In this document: piece after piece, positions 26,786-38,783 of the stretch
Position numbering within the stretch: the first letter of the stretch is position 1
How the letters are laid out: each line of letters starts with the position of its first letter
Assembly (NCBI RefSeq): GCF_004010195.1
Contig: NC_057719.1
Coordinates: forward strand, 42,062,239-42,126,238
Direction: 5' to 3'
From: Chiloscyllium plagiosum
Taxonomy: Eukaryota
Length of the DNA: 64,000 bases
The notes under the pieces: model-generated
Databases searched by the model: none
Told to the model about the DNA's origin: nothing
Seen by the model: the letters and a program-made list of their open reading frames with translations, nothing else
Made by a program: the position numbers and the translations under genes

Positions 26786-29017
26786 TGGCTTTGTTTCAGC
26801 ACTAAAAGGCAAGTGAAGAAAGTCATACTACAAACCTGTAAAGTTCAGCTGAGGGAGCTAAGCATTAAAAGGTAAAACATGGCAGGGATGCTGTGAGCAT
26901 CGAAGTATATACATTGAATGAGTGCTGAAAGGGCAGGATGAGCAGGCTGAGTCCAATCCAGGAGCTGACTGCCTGTCTCTGCAATACAACATACCTGTGT
27001 AGCAGCATTGCAATGATGTCCATTCACTCCATAGTGCAATGATGTGGAGAGGCTGTTATGCGCTAGATGTAAATGTCCATGGGCATGGGTATTCGTGGCT
27101 GCTGCCCTTAGAATGGTCCTGAGAGGTTGGTGTCAAGATGAGGCCTGTTGGAAAAAATGCTGAGCTGGAGTCACCAGCTAGCCACTTTGACTTTCATGTC
27201 AACAATCCTCATTTCTATCCAGTTTCATTTCTATCCAGTGGATGGGAGAATAGCAATCTGCATATCATAAGAGTGATAATGAGTGATGATCCATTGTAAT
27301 AAACCTGTCAATGTTCACTAGGAAGAATCATGTCTCGATGCTCAAGGCATGACTGAAACTGTGCCAGTTTGGCCTCAAATTTGCAAAGGACCTCATTGAC
27401 ATCTCCCCCAAGTTTCTCAAATTTCTCATCATAGCCCATATTGTTCCACTCAGAATGATTATTCCATAATTAGTGGAATGTAACAAGTTATGTCTACTAG
27501 GGTTAGGCTCCAGTTCCAAGTGACCTAGCATTACTGTAAGAACTCCTTTTGCACATACTCAGTAGGCATACCCAGAGTAAAGGTACAGTTCCCTTTATGC
27601 CAAATTTCCTCTTAGTTCTTTGTACCCCTTTTTACCACTAACATTTAACCATAAGTACTTAATACATTTATTCCACCTCCCACCAGGCTTTTGTGCCTGA
27701 GGGATTAACCTCCAATAGCATTCTCAGTTTTTAGAGGACATGGAGGATTTATGAGCTCTTGTGCTGTCCCCTGGGAGGGCAAACAAATTGATGGACTGGA
27801 AAGAAAGTCTCAGACAATGGATGATCTTTGGACTGTGATGCTCACAAAGACTGGAATGTAGCAGCAGTGAAAATCAACCGAGGAAGAATTAATCTGAAGG
27901 AGGAGCCTTCAGGTCTCGCATGATCATAGTCTCTTCAAATGGAAGGGTAAAGGAAGTAAATTCTCAGTCAGCTTTCTACTTGCTTTGCGCTCTGATCTAA
28001 GAAGGAAGAATGAGTGACATTCTAAAGACAACGTTGAAGGCAAAGAGAGAAGAATTTGCCACTTTTACAAGGACAGGACTTTCTCTTTCTGTAAGTAGTA
28101 GCATCACCCAGACACTTACTGTGATGTAAGGCTGCTGAGGAGCACACTATGGTAACTCTGGGTCTCCATGAAAAAGTAGGACTGAACCATGTCAGCCAAC
28201 AAAATCAACTGCTGAAGAACTGCTGATAGGAAACTTTTGTATGGTGCTCTGAATTACAAAGCTTTTTGAAAGTATTGTGTTCATCCATAGGCAATATCTG
28301 TCATTAAGGAAGAATTAAAGATTTTCTTTACCTATGTTTCTTTTTGAAACATTAGTTTATTGGTCTTTAACTGTAGCAGAGAGCTTTTCTCAGCTAATCA
28401 ATCACCATAATCCTGAAGTTCTGAATTCTTCAGTAAAAACAGGGTTTTTTTAAAATTGAGAATTGAGTGAAAACATTAGTTATCTGAGTTTTGGTGTGGT
28501 GGTACTGAACTTGAATATTGTGAGAAAAAGAAAAGGTTTTATTGAAGTTTTCCATCAAGAAAGTTCAACAGGAATACCAATGTAAAGGGAAAACAGCCTT
28601 TTATACTGTCTCCGAAGAAAGTGATGATCTATTGGTAAGTTGAGTGACAGATGAGCTAAGCTTCATTGAAATGACAGAACTGGCTCAAGGGCTGAATAGC
28701 TTATTCCTGTTTCAATGTGCATGTATACCTTATTGTTGGACAGTGATGGATGAAATATTTAAAGACAACCTAATGCTATAAAATATTGATGTATCAAGTT
28801 AGCTGTGCTTCACTGTATTTAATGAGTAATTATTAAAATCATAGAACAAGAGGACATCTTTGCAGCTTTAAGTACCATTTAGCCTCCTATTTGAATTTTT
28901 TTCTCAACAATCAACAATATAGTTAATCCTTTAAGCTCCAACAAAGACAAATTGCATGAACGTGGCTTGAGTTTGATTGAGGTTAGAAGTTGGAGGGGTT
29001 TTGGAGGAATATCAGAA

Positions 29018-29272
29018 TTCAAAGTTTATGAGAAGATTTGTAGCTTGGGTGCTCGTTGTTGTGGTTCTGTTCACCGAGCTGGGAATCTGTGTTGCAGACG
29101 TTTCATCCTCTGTCTAGGGGACATTCTCAGTGCTTGGGTGCCTCCTGTGAGGAGCTTCTGTGATGTTTAATCTGGCATTTATAGTGGTTTGTCTCTGTCA
29201 CTTCCGGTTGTCAGTTCCAGCTGTCCGCTGCAGTAGCCAGTATACTGGGTCCAGGTCGATGTGTTTGTTGAT
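29018..29272 (-). mobile_element. 3' end of a second PLE family
   Basis: Minus strand encodes INKHIDLDPVY (typical end of a PLE ORF), followed by a terminal repeat containing a hammerhead core. Confidence 0.7.
29093..29133 (-). ncRNA. Minimal type I hammerhead ribozyme motif (decayed)
   Basis: Minus strand gca-ctgagaa-tgtcccc-tagaca-gaggat-gaaacgtc-tgc: stem I gca/tgc, CUGANGA-like box, stem II, GAAA, palindromic ACGT stem III, GUC cleavage triplet. Confidence 0.6.
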
Positions 29273-32200
29273 ATATATAATGGATAGTGTAAATCTGGAA
29301 CTTTAACCCCAAAATGCCATAATTGCTGGACCAATTGAAAGTTACAAGAGAGAGATAAATAAGTTTCTGTCAGGGAATTAAAGGCTATGGAGAAAAGGGG
29401 GGGACTAGGGCAAAGTGTACATATCAGCCATTTTCTGACTGAATTACAGAGTAGGCTCAAAGGGATGATTTGCAATTCCTCTTCCTGTGTAACCAACATT
29501 GAGTGCTTTAATACAGGAGACACCCAAGGCTACAAATTTCATTTGCAAAAGGATCCTGAAATATAACTTTATGCCATTCTGAAAGAAATGTTGATGCCTA
29601 GAGCAATTAATTGTTATTTGATCTTACCTAGTTTAGGAAGCTGATGGCTCTTGATACCTTAGGTATACTGAAGTTATACAAAGAAACCAACTGTGTTCTT
29701 TATAACTGGAAGTCAAACAGCAGAGAGCAATGTCTGTCTGACATGAACTCTACCATCTGACTGAAGCATTGTCCCAAAAGACACAGTAGGACATCCACTT
29801 TCTAGGTACAGAGCTGATCCAACTCCATTCCAGATCCAAGAAACAACCAGCCTAACCAGGGAACCACTGTGGCATTGGAGATTTACTGAACTAAAAGGGA
29901 AATTACATTACACTATCCAGATGATTTGAAAATCTGGAGAAGTACAAATTGCAACTCTTTAACTGAGAACATTTTAAAAGTTTTCCTTTACATGATGAAT
30001 GGTGTTTCTGTACTGGAACACAATGTTTCTGGTGAAAATGGCTGCCATTTGCTGTATTTGGAGGTGGGCAGCATCTTCTGACTGAACAGAAAAAGTAACT
30101 GGAAGGTAAAGTTCTGAGGCCATCACTTTATCAAAAATTCTCTGGTCTCATGAACCAACTGAATGCAATTGTAGAATCTCATCAATGTGACTGTTGTTCA
30201 TATATGAGTCTACAGCATCAGCAAACTATTTAACCCTAGTCAGTGAATCACAGTCAGGAATCGAACACCAGCAGATTTTTCCACTCTGCATGGTAGTTGT
30301 CCTCTCTGAGATTAATTAACCCAACAAACATAAAGTGTAAAAAAATTTAAACACCACATCATTCTCAGTATCGACCAAATCGACCAAATATTTAATAAAA
30401 ACATCCCTGGACAAAAGTGAAGGATTTCCAAAGGATTGTTTACCCTGATGTCAACATTGTTGTTATTCCACAGATAAAATTATTCAATTTAATGTTACAT
30501 TTAAATTCATTTTCTACAATGAAACTAGACATCATGGGCCACTAAACCAATGAATGGCATCAACTGCAGAAAAATTAGCTATTTTGCTGAAGTAATGTAC
30601 AGTTCTAATGCAGTTCTTATGCATTGGGAGAATGTTGTTTATCTATTTTATATGCAATGCTTTACACTTAAACTTTTATGTCAAGATATTACTATGAATG
30701 ATGTTATATGAACACACAAACGCATTTGTCTAAAATTTCTCTCCACTATCTGACAGACATGAGAATTGAGCAAAGTCGAAAAGAGGCCTGTGATTCGTTA
30801 TGGCCCGATGTGCACTGCTACCCAAGAATCATTAACCATTTACAATAAACCGATTGATGCCTCCATTAAAACAACAGAGAAGCTAACATCTGTCACAGTG
30901 ACTTACAGACTACGCTTTCCTTTCATCTCATGCTGGATTTCTGCTGATGTTAGCAAACACAGCTATTTTTTACACAATAGAACTTGTAAGTTCATAACGG
31001 GAATAAGATTACAACAATATCTAAGGAAAACTCTTCTTTAAAACTTTAACATCCCATATTTTCACCACATTTCAATACTAAAGAGTCATCTAAATATTAA
31101 ATATTGCACTACCCGTGATGCATTATTAGGTTTATTTCCTTCACAAGAAAGAATTCATGCCAGCACTCATAAATCATTAACTTTTCACAGCTCTGAATTA
31201 AATATGCCAGTGCGTGGTTTATTACATCCTGCCTAACATCCTCCTTTACATACTGGGTAATGTGGGCAACAAAATTTATTGCGGTCATGAATAATAGGAT
31301 CATCCTCATGGAATACATTTTGCGTTCCTTTATTCTCAAAGAAGGAGGAAGGAAGTGCCTTAGAATTGCCTCAGAGTTTCTTCTGTAACTTGGGTGCTGT
31401 GCAATAGATACCCTCACTTACACCATATTGGATTGGGGGATTGAATGTAAGGGTTTTAGAATTAGGACATTGCACATCCTGAGAATGTTGCAATGCACTT
31501 CTCAGACAGTGAATCACAGGTGGAGTATTTGTCAATTTTGATTTTTGCGGCAACCATGACAACAAAACTACATATGGCAGAGACTCACAACAACAACACA
31601 AGTACATGTCTAATTCATCCATCTGCTGCTGTTGACAGAGGGCTATGGGCTATGGGGAAGGACAGGGCACTATGATAACTTTTGAAATGTTCAAACAAAT
31701 GATCTCCCACAAACACAAGTTGCCAAAGGGGTATCTTTTTGTGCTCCAAGAAGTTATGGCAGGAATCTTACTAGAATCTGAGGAACATGGACGAGAGCAA
31801 AATTTGTGGCAGGATCGGATGGATAGTCCAGCGAGACTCATGTTGATGTCAGGAGCATCTCGCTCTGCCTTCGATGCCTTTTTTTAAGTGAAAAGTCATT
31901 TTCTTTCTGGGCAGCAGAGAGTTTCCAAAAAAGTAAGATGAAAGCATGGTAAACATTTAATTAATTAATGTAACATGCACAGAGAGTAAACCAGAATTAA
32001 ATGATTCGAGTCCAGTGACCCTTCAGCCCCATTAATGTTCAGCTTCCTATCTCAACAAACGTGCTTAGCACCTAACTCTTATGAAGAAGAGTTGCCATGC
32101 CTACAGTCCTGGAGACCAATAGCTGGGAGTTCAGGTATGCGTGCCTCTCCAACCCCTGAGGGTATGAGGCTTGGCTCTCCATGGCAACCTGTCCACAGAG

Positions 32201-33286
32201 ACAAGCAGAAAATTGCACCACCCTCTGCATCATTTCGGCTTCTAAGCGGTAAAAGTCATGGCCTCCCACATCTGTCTGCCTTTCCTATTCCTCTCTGTGC
32301 ATTTGGATCAAACCCTTGTTTGCCGATACACAGGGTCTTCTCCTGGCTGAGCCTGACGAAGGAGAAAGCTTGTGATTTCAAACAAACCTGTTGGACTGTA
32401 AGCTGGTGCTGTATGATTTGCCTGAGTGTGAGCACGGGCCTGGCCTTGGGCAGTCCTCCGAGTGCCAGCGACTAGGAGCATTTTCTCCTCAGCCAGCTGC
32501 AGAGCTGTCACCATGAGGTCCAACCAGGTTGTGGTCTCACACTTTCTAAAACCATTCTCACTGTGATGTCAGTGTCCGAGCTGATGAAGGCTGAAGGAGG
32601 AAGCCTTGCTGATTCTTCTTCTGAGGCCTCAGTTCTCTCACCCTCAGAGGTCAATATGGCTGCTTCTAGGGGAGAGACCTATTGCTGTGTGGAAGGGGTT
32701 GACATCCTGCTGGCAGCTGCAGGACAGAAGAGAGAGAATCAGTATCACAGCCAGTGATTAGGAGGGGTATACAATGAATTACATTGACAGCAGGGTTAAG
32801 GTGAGAGTTACAGTGGAAAACCTGCCCATTCGGTGGGACATAAATGTCTCAGTATCCCCACAGGAGACCAACCCAATCTTCTCCTGTGAAGGCTTAGGGT
32901 TTCTAAGCTTGTTGGGGCCAAAGAGTCCATCATCAGGCACCTCTGCACCAAATCTGGTGAGTTGTCTTCTCCTGGCAATGAGAGAAAGGGAGGGGGTGAG
33001 CGAGGTGAAGGTGAGTAGAACAGCTATCCATCCCAGAGCAGGTTCTGGCGGGGTGAAGGGGGAAGATGGTGTGCTGTCCTGAGTGAGTGAATAGGAAGCT
33101 CACTGGCCATGCAGAATTAGTGGTGGGGAGGTTGGGATGGGGAATGAGAATAGGTGAGAAAAGATGTTTCTGAGAGTGACAGAGCATGAAGCTTGATGGC
33201 AGTAGGTGCAGCAGCAGAGAGGAGAGTGGGGCACTTACCCTGACAGAGAGGAGAGGAGAGTGTCTTTCCTTTACAACCTGGAGATG

Positions 33287-33512
33287 ATAGGCGAAAGTGA
33301 GGACTGCAGATGCTGGAGATCAGAGTCAAGATTAGAGCGGTGCTGGAAAAGCACGGCAGGTCAGGCAGCATCCGAGGAGCAGGAAAATTGACAGGCAGGG
33401 ACCAGATTAGTACAGAGGTGCCTGATGAAGGACTTTTGCCTGAAACGTTAACTTTCCTGCTCCTCGGATGCTGCCTGACCTGCTGTGCTTTTCAAGCACC
33501 ACTCTAATCTTG
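33287..33512. mobile_element. Palindromic PLE-terminus insertion
   Basis: Arms ~33326-33391 and ~33448-33513; exact TSD aacctggagatg at 33275-33286 and 33513-33524. Confidence 0.85.
33421..33452 (+). ncRNA. Minimal hammerhead ribozyme core
   Basis: ctgatga-aggac-tttt-gcct-gaaacgtt: CUGAUGA and GAAAC boxes intact; the cleavage triplet reads GTT instead of GTC. Confidence 0.6.
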
Positions 33513-34061
33513 AACCTGGAGATGGTACTAATGCTCAGAGCTAGCAGGCAGGGTCTAATAGTGCAACATTTGGGAAGGTGACTCCTTCCCTTTTCACCAC
33601 GCCATCCACCATGTCCCTGTCAGTGAAGCATGGTGCCATCATTCCCTTCTCTACTGTGTTCTAATTCTGTCCATCATTGAGTGGATAATTTTGGTCAGCC
33701 AGTGCTCATCCAGGTACACAGTGCTGTTTCAAAGGCAGCAGGTCTGCAAGAGATGCCAGTCTTTGAGCAGATATCCTTGAGTTGTGAGTTATTCCAGGAA
33801 TGGGATGTTGTAAGATGAGGCATAGGTCAAATGTGAGAGATGCTAAAGGGAAGTTGATAGGAATTAATGAGGTGGGTTTAGCAAAATAGAATGAGAAAAC
33901 TCACCAGGCCTCTTGGTGAAAAACACTCCAAAACAGTAAGATTTAGCATTATGTTTTTCTCCCATTAAAGCCAGACTGACTTTCAATTTTTTAAGAAGTG
34001 TGTGTAAAAATATGGCTTTATTAATAAGGCAAAATTTTAGTCCTTAACAATTTCTCTTTAA

Positions 34062-35208
34062 CATAGAGTCATAGAGATGTACAGCATGGAAACAGACCTT
34101 TCGGTGCAACCTGTCCATGCCGACCAAATATCCCAACCCAATCTAGTCCCACCTGCCAGCACCCAGCCAATATCCCTCCAAACCCTTCCTATTCATATAC
34201 CCATCCAAATGCCTCTTAAATGTTGCAATTGTACCAGTCTCCACCACTTCCTCTGGCAGCTCATTCCATACATGTACCACCCTCTGTGTGAAAAAGTTGC
34301 CCCTTAGGTCTCTTTTATATCTTTCCCCTCTCACCCTAAACCTATGCCCTCTAGTTCTGGATTCCCTCGCCCCAGGGAAAAGACTTTGCCTATCCATGCC
34401 CCTCATCATTTTGTAAACCTCTATAAGGTCACCCCTCAGCCTTCGACGCTCCAGGGAAACAGCCCCAGCCTGTTCAGCCTCTCCCTGTAGCTCAGATCCT
34501 CCAATCCTGGCAACGTCCTTGTGAATCTTTTCTGAACCCTTTCAAGTTTCACAACATCTTTTCGATAGGAAGGAGACCAGAATTGCATGCAATNNNNNNN
34601 NNNNNNNNNNNNNNNNNNNNNNNNNNNNNNNNNNNNNNNNNNNNNNNNNNNNNNNNNNNNNNNNNNNNNNNNNNNNNNNNNNNNNNNNNNNNNNNNNNNN
34701 NNNNNNNNNNNNNNNNNNNNNNNNNNNNNNNNNNNNNNNNNNNNNNNNNNNNNNNNNNNNNNNNNNNNNNNNNNNNNNNNNNNNNNNNNNNNNNNNNNNN
34801 NNNNNNNNNNNNNNNNNNNNNNNNNNNNNNNNNNNNNNNNNNNNNNNNNNNNNNNNNNNNNNNNNNNNNNNNNNNNNNNNNNNNNNNNNNNNNNNNNNNN
34901 NNNNNNNNNNNNNNNNNNNNNNNNNNNNNNNNNNNNNNNNNNNNNNNNNNNNNNNNNNNNNNNNNNNNNNNNNNNNNNNNNNNNNNNNNNNNNNNNNNNN
35001 NNNNNNNNNNNNNNNNNNNNNNNNNNNNNNNNNNNNNNNNNNNNNNNNNACCAAACGCCTTCTTCACTAACCTATCTACCTGCGACTCCACTTTCAAGGA
35101 GCTATGAACCTGCACTCCAAGGTCTCTTTGTTCAGTAACACTCCCTAGGACCTTACCATTAAGTGTATAAGTCCTGCTAAGATTTGCTTTCCCAAAATGC
35201 AGCACCTT
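34062..35208 (-). mobile_element. 5'-truncated CR1 LINE spanning an assembly gap
   Basis: MLHFGKANLSRTYTLNG... and RDLRGNFFTQRVV...; tail catagagtcatagag; near-identical to the 8562-9007 and 12017-12490 copies. Confidence 0.92.
34594..35049. other. Assembly gap (N run)
   Basis: 456 N bases. Confidence 1.
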
Positions 35209-35976
35209 GCGTTAAAGGTTGCATCAATTTCTATTTTTTAGATGAAATTCAAGGAATGGCTGATAGCGCTCCTCACATTTATTTTTATTCACCAATAAGA
35301 TCCTGGATCTAAATTAAGTCATTTGGATATTCATCATTAGTGGAATTCACCGAATGATAATGAGCAAATATCCATAACAGAATTATGTTAGCTAACTTGT
35401 GTTTTGCCCTTTCTCCATAATCAAACTAGACTCGGTTTCAATTCAGAACTAATATGACAGACAACACTTTGCTAATGTAATTTTCCAAATGGAATAGAAC
35501 AGAATAGCAGTTTATTGTCACTTGTATTTATGAAAAAGTCGCCACAATTCGATGCCATTTTAGTTTCAGAAATTATGAAAAGTAATAATTGAGATAAAGT
35601 TAGGACAAAGTTAATTTTTGTTTCCTCCACAGCTCCTGGGATTATGGAGGGACTACGGGAAGCTGCCATTAAAGCAGTCTCTGAGGCAGCCAAAGCAAGG
35701 TTTGCCGGACCAGACCGACCACGCTGTTACCACCGAAGCCAAGGCTGAAGTCAAAGCCTTGGAAGGAGGGACAGACCTGATCAGACTACCATGTCGTCAA
35801 TGCTGAAGCTGTTGCCCCTTCATGGCCGCCCAAAGTCACCGTATTGCCACAGTAGCCAAGAGAAATGAACCAGAACCACCATCCAGCCACTACTGTAGCC
35901 ACCAATGAAACCACTGCCCGGAGCAATGGACCAGACTCACCGACAATGAAGCCTTTGGTAAAGTTGTGGCCACTAT

Positions 35977-36253
35977 GGGGTGGCACGGTGGCTCAGTGGC
36001 TCGCACTGCTGCCTCACAGCACCAGGGTCCCAGGTTCGATTCCAGCATTGGGTGACTGTATGGAGTTTACACATTCACCCTGTGTCTGCATGGGTTTCCT
36101 CCTACAGTCCAAAGATGTGCAGGCCAGGTGAATTGGCCATGCTAAATTACCCATAGTGCTCGGTGCATTAGTCAGAGGGAAATGGGTTTGGGTGGGTTAC
36201 TCTTCGGAGGGTCGGTGTGGACTGGTTGGGCCACACTGTAGGGAATCTAATCT
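35977..36253 (+). mobile_element. HE1-like SINE
   Basis: ggtggctcagtggctcgc (A box), ggttcgattcc (B box), tail aatctaatct. Confidence 0.85.
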
Positions 36254-36558
36254 ACCACACTGCTGCCACAGCAGGAGACTCTCGCAGTCACAGAAAAGTA
36301 GAAAAAGTGAATTTTGATACAAAAGAGAAATGAAGAACTGAAGAAACTAAACAAAAAAAAACCAAAGAAGAATGTGGCCAGCCAGGTGAGCATTCGCGTA
36401 CAAGCACAGAGCCCAAACACTTCCAACCCTGTCGCCACCACCATCTTGAGAAAAAGGAGGGTTAATCCTTCATTTTGATGTTCTTTGAGGATAGATTCAT
36501 TACATGGTTGTAGATATGAATGAACAACTCCGAGGTTTTGGTTGGGTGGTTTACTTCT

Positions 36559-38783
36559 CAGAGAAAGTGATGAGTGCAGATGCTGAAGATCAGAATTGAA
36601 AAGTGTGGTGCTGGAAAAGCACAGCTGGTCAGGCAGCATCCGAGGAGCAGGAGAGTCAACGTTTTGAGCATAAGCTCTTCATCAGGAATGTGGGATGGCC
36701 CAAAGGGGGCTGAGAGATAAATAAGAGGGTGGGGGGAGCTGGGCAGACAGGTAGCTGGGAATGTGAAAGGAAGATGGAGGTAGGGGTGATGGTGATAGGT
36801 TGGAGAGGAGGATGGAGCGGATAGGTGGGAAGGAAGGTGGACAGGTCAACAGGGCAATGCTGAGTTAGAGGGTTGGTTCTGGGATAAGGTAGGGGAGGGG
36901 AAGTGAGGAAACTGGTGAAATCTAAGTTGATCCCATGTGGTTGGAGGTCCCAAAGTGGAAAATGAGGTGTTCTTCCTCCAGGTATTGGGTGGCTAGAGTT
37001 TGGCGGTGGAAGAAGCCAAGCACTTGCATGTCCTTGGCAGAGTGGGAGAGGGAGCTGAAATGTTCGGCCACAGAGCAGTGGGGTTGATTGGTTTGTGTGC
37101 CTCAGAGATGTTCTCTGAAACATTCTGCAAGTTGGCATCCTGTCTCTCCAATGTAGAGGAGACCATATCGAGAGCAATGGACACAGTAGATGATGTGTAT
37201 GGAAGTACAGGTATATCTCTGTTGGATGTGGAAGAATCCTTTAGGGCCTTGGATGGAGGTGAGGGGGAGGTGTGAGCACAGGTTTTGCACTCCTTGTGGT
37301 GGCAAGGGAAGGTGCCAGGAGTGTAAGGTGGGTTGGTGGGGAATGTGGACCTAACAAGGGAGTCAGGGAGGGAATGGTCTCTGCAGAACGCAGATAGGGC
37401 GGGGAGGGAAATATATCCCTGGTGGTGGGGTCTGTTTGTCGATGGCGGAAGTGGCAGTGGATGACGCGATGTATCCGGAGGTTGGTCAAGTGGAAGGTGA
37501 AGACCAGGGGGCTCTGTCCTTGTTGCAGTTGGAGGGGTGGGGTTCAAAGCCGGAGGTGCAGGAAGTGGAGGAGATGCACTGGAGGGCATCATTGACCACG
37601 TGGGAGGGGAAATTGCGATGTTCTATGGTGGAATTGGTCCTCCTGGGAGCAGATGCAGTAGAGGCCGAGGAATTGGGAGTAAGGGATAGCATTTTTACAG
37701 GAGGTAGGGTGGGAGGAGGTGTAGTCCAGGTAGCTGTGGGAGTCGGTGGGTTTGTAGTAGATGTCTGTGTTGAATTGGTCTCCGCAAATGGAGATGTCAG
37801 GTGCAGGAAAGGGAAGGAGGTGTCCAAGATGGTCGAGGTGAACTTGAGGTCAGGATGGAAGGTGTTGATGAAGTTGATGAACTGTTCAACTCCTAATGTG
37901 AGCACACAGTGGCGCTGATACAGTAGTTGATGTAGAGGAGGTAATGGTGGGGAATGGTGCCAGTGTAGCTGCAGAAGGTGGATCGTTCCACGTACCTGAA
38001 GAGGCATGCAAAGCTGGGGCCCATGTGGAAGCCCAAGGCTACCCCTTTGGTCTGGGAAAAGTGGGAGAATTCGAAGCACAACTTGTTGAGGATGAGGACC
38101 AGTTCAGCCAATCGAATGAGTGCATCAGTGAAAGGGTACTGGCTGGATCAATGGGAGAGGAAGGTACGGAGGGCTTGGAGACCTTTGTCATGGTGGATGG
38201 ACGTGTATAGAGACTGAATGTCCATGGTGAAGATGCGGAACATTTCAGAGAACTTCTCTGGGACACGCGCACCAATCAACTCCACTGCCCTGTGGCCGAA
38301 CACTTTAACTCCCCCTCCCAGTCCGCCAAGGACATGCAGGTCCTGGGCCTCCTCCACCTCCAAACTCTAGCCACCTGACGCCTGGAGGAAGAATGCTTCA
38401 TCTTCCGCCTTGGGACATTCCAACCGCACAGGATCAATGTTCATTTCACCAGTTTCCTCATTTCCCCTCCCCCACCCTATCCCAGATCCAACCCACTAAC
38501 TTGGCACCACCTTCTTGAACTGTCCTACCTGTCCATCTCCCTTCCCATCTATCCGCTCCATCCTCCTCTCCAACGATCACCATCTCCCCCCACCTTCATC
38601 GACCTATTCCATTCCCAGCTACCTTCCCCACAGCTCCACCCATCTCCCATTTATCTCTCAGCCAACCTTGGGCTCCCTTCATTCCTGATGAAGAGCTTAT
38701 GCTCAAAACGTCAACTCTCCTGTTTCTCAGGGATGGATGCTGCCTGACTGGCTGTGCTTTCCCAGCTCCACATTTTTTGACTC
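36559..38783 (-). mobile_element. Penelope-like element: minus-strand RT-GIY-YIG body (36559-~38232) plus an inverted terminal repeat (~38233-38783)
   Basis: FTMDIQSLYTSIHH, QTKGVALG..MGPSFACLF, HIIYCVHCSRYGLLYIGETG...FREHL; both ends carry cctgatgaagagcttatgctcaaaacgt; TSD tggtttactt at 36547-36556 and 38784-38793. Confidence 0.9.

Larger units (their letters stand above)
32150..33660 (-). pseudogene. Multi-exon Harbinger-like Myb/SANT gene relic, interrupted by a PLE palindrome
   Basis: APCFTDRDMVDGVVKREGVTFP at ~33575-33640; donor aggg|gtaagtgcc-type site at ~33238; acceptors ctcattgccag (~32972) and tctcttctgtcctgcag (~32718); homologous to 18146-18655. Confidence 0.6.

Noticed and set aside
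33392..33420. Spacer of the 33287 palindrome as another local capture (aggcaggg also at ~33547)
   Set aside because: Only 8 bp match exactly; suggestive but not distinguishable from chance.
34542..35205. ORFs of 170-218 aa in the track
   Set aside because: Artefacts of translating the N gap.
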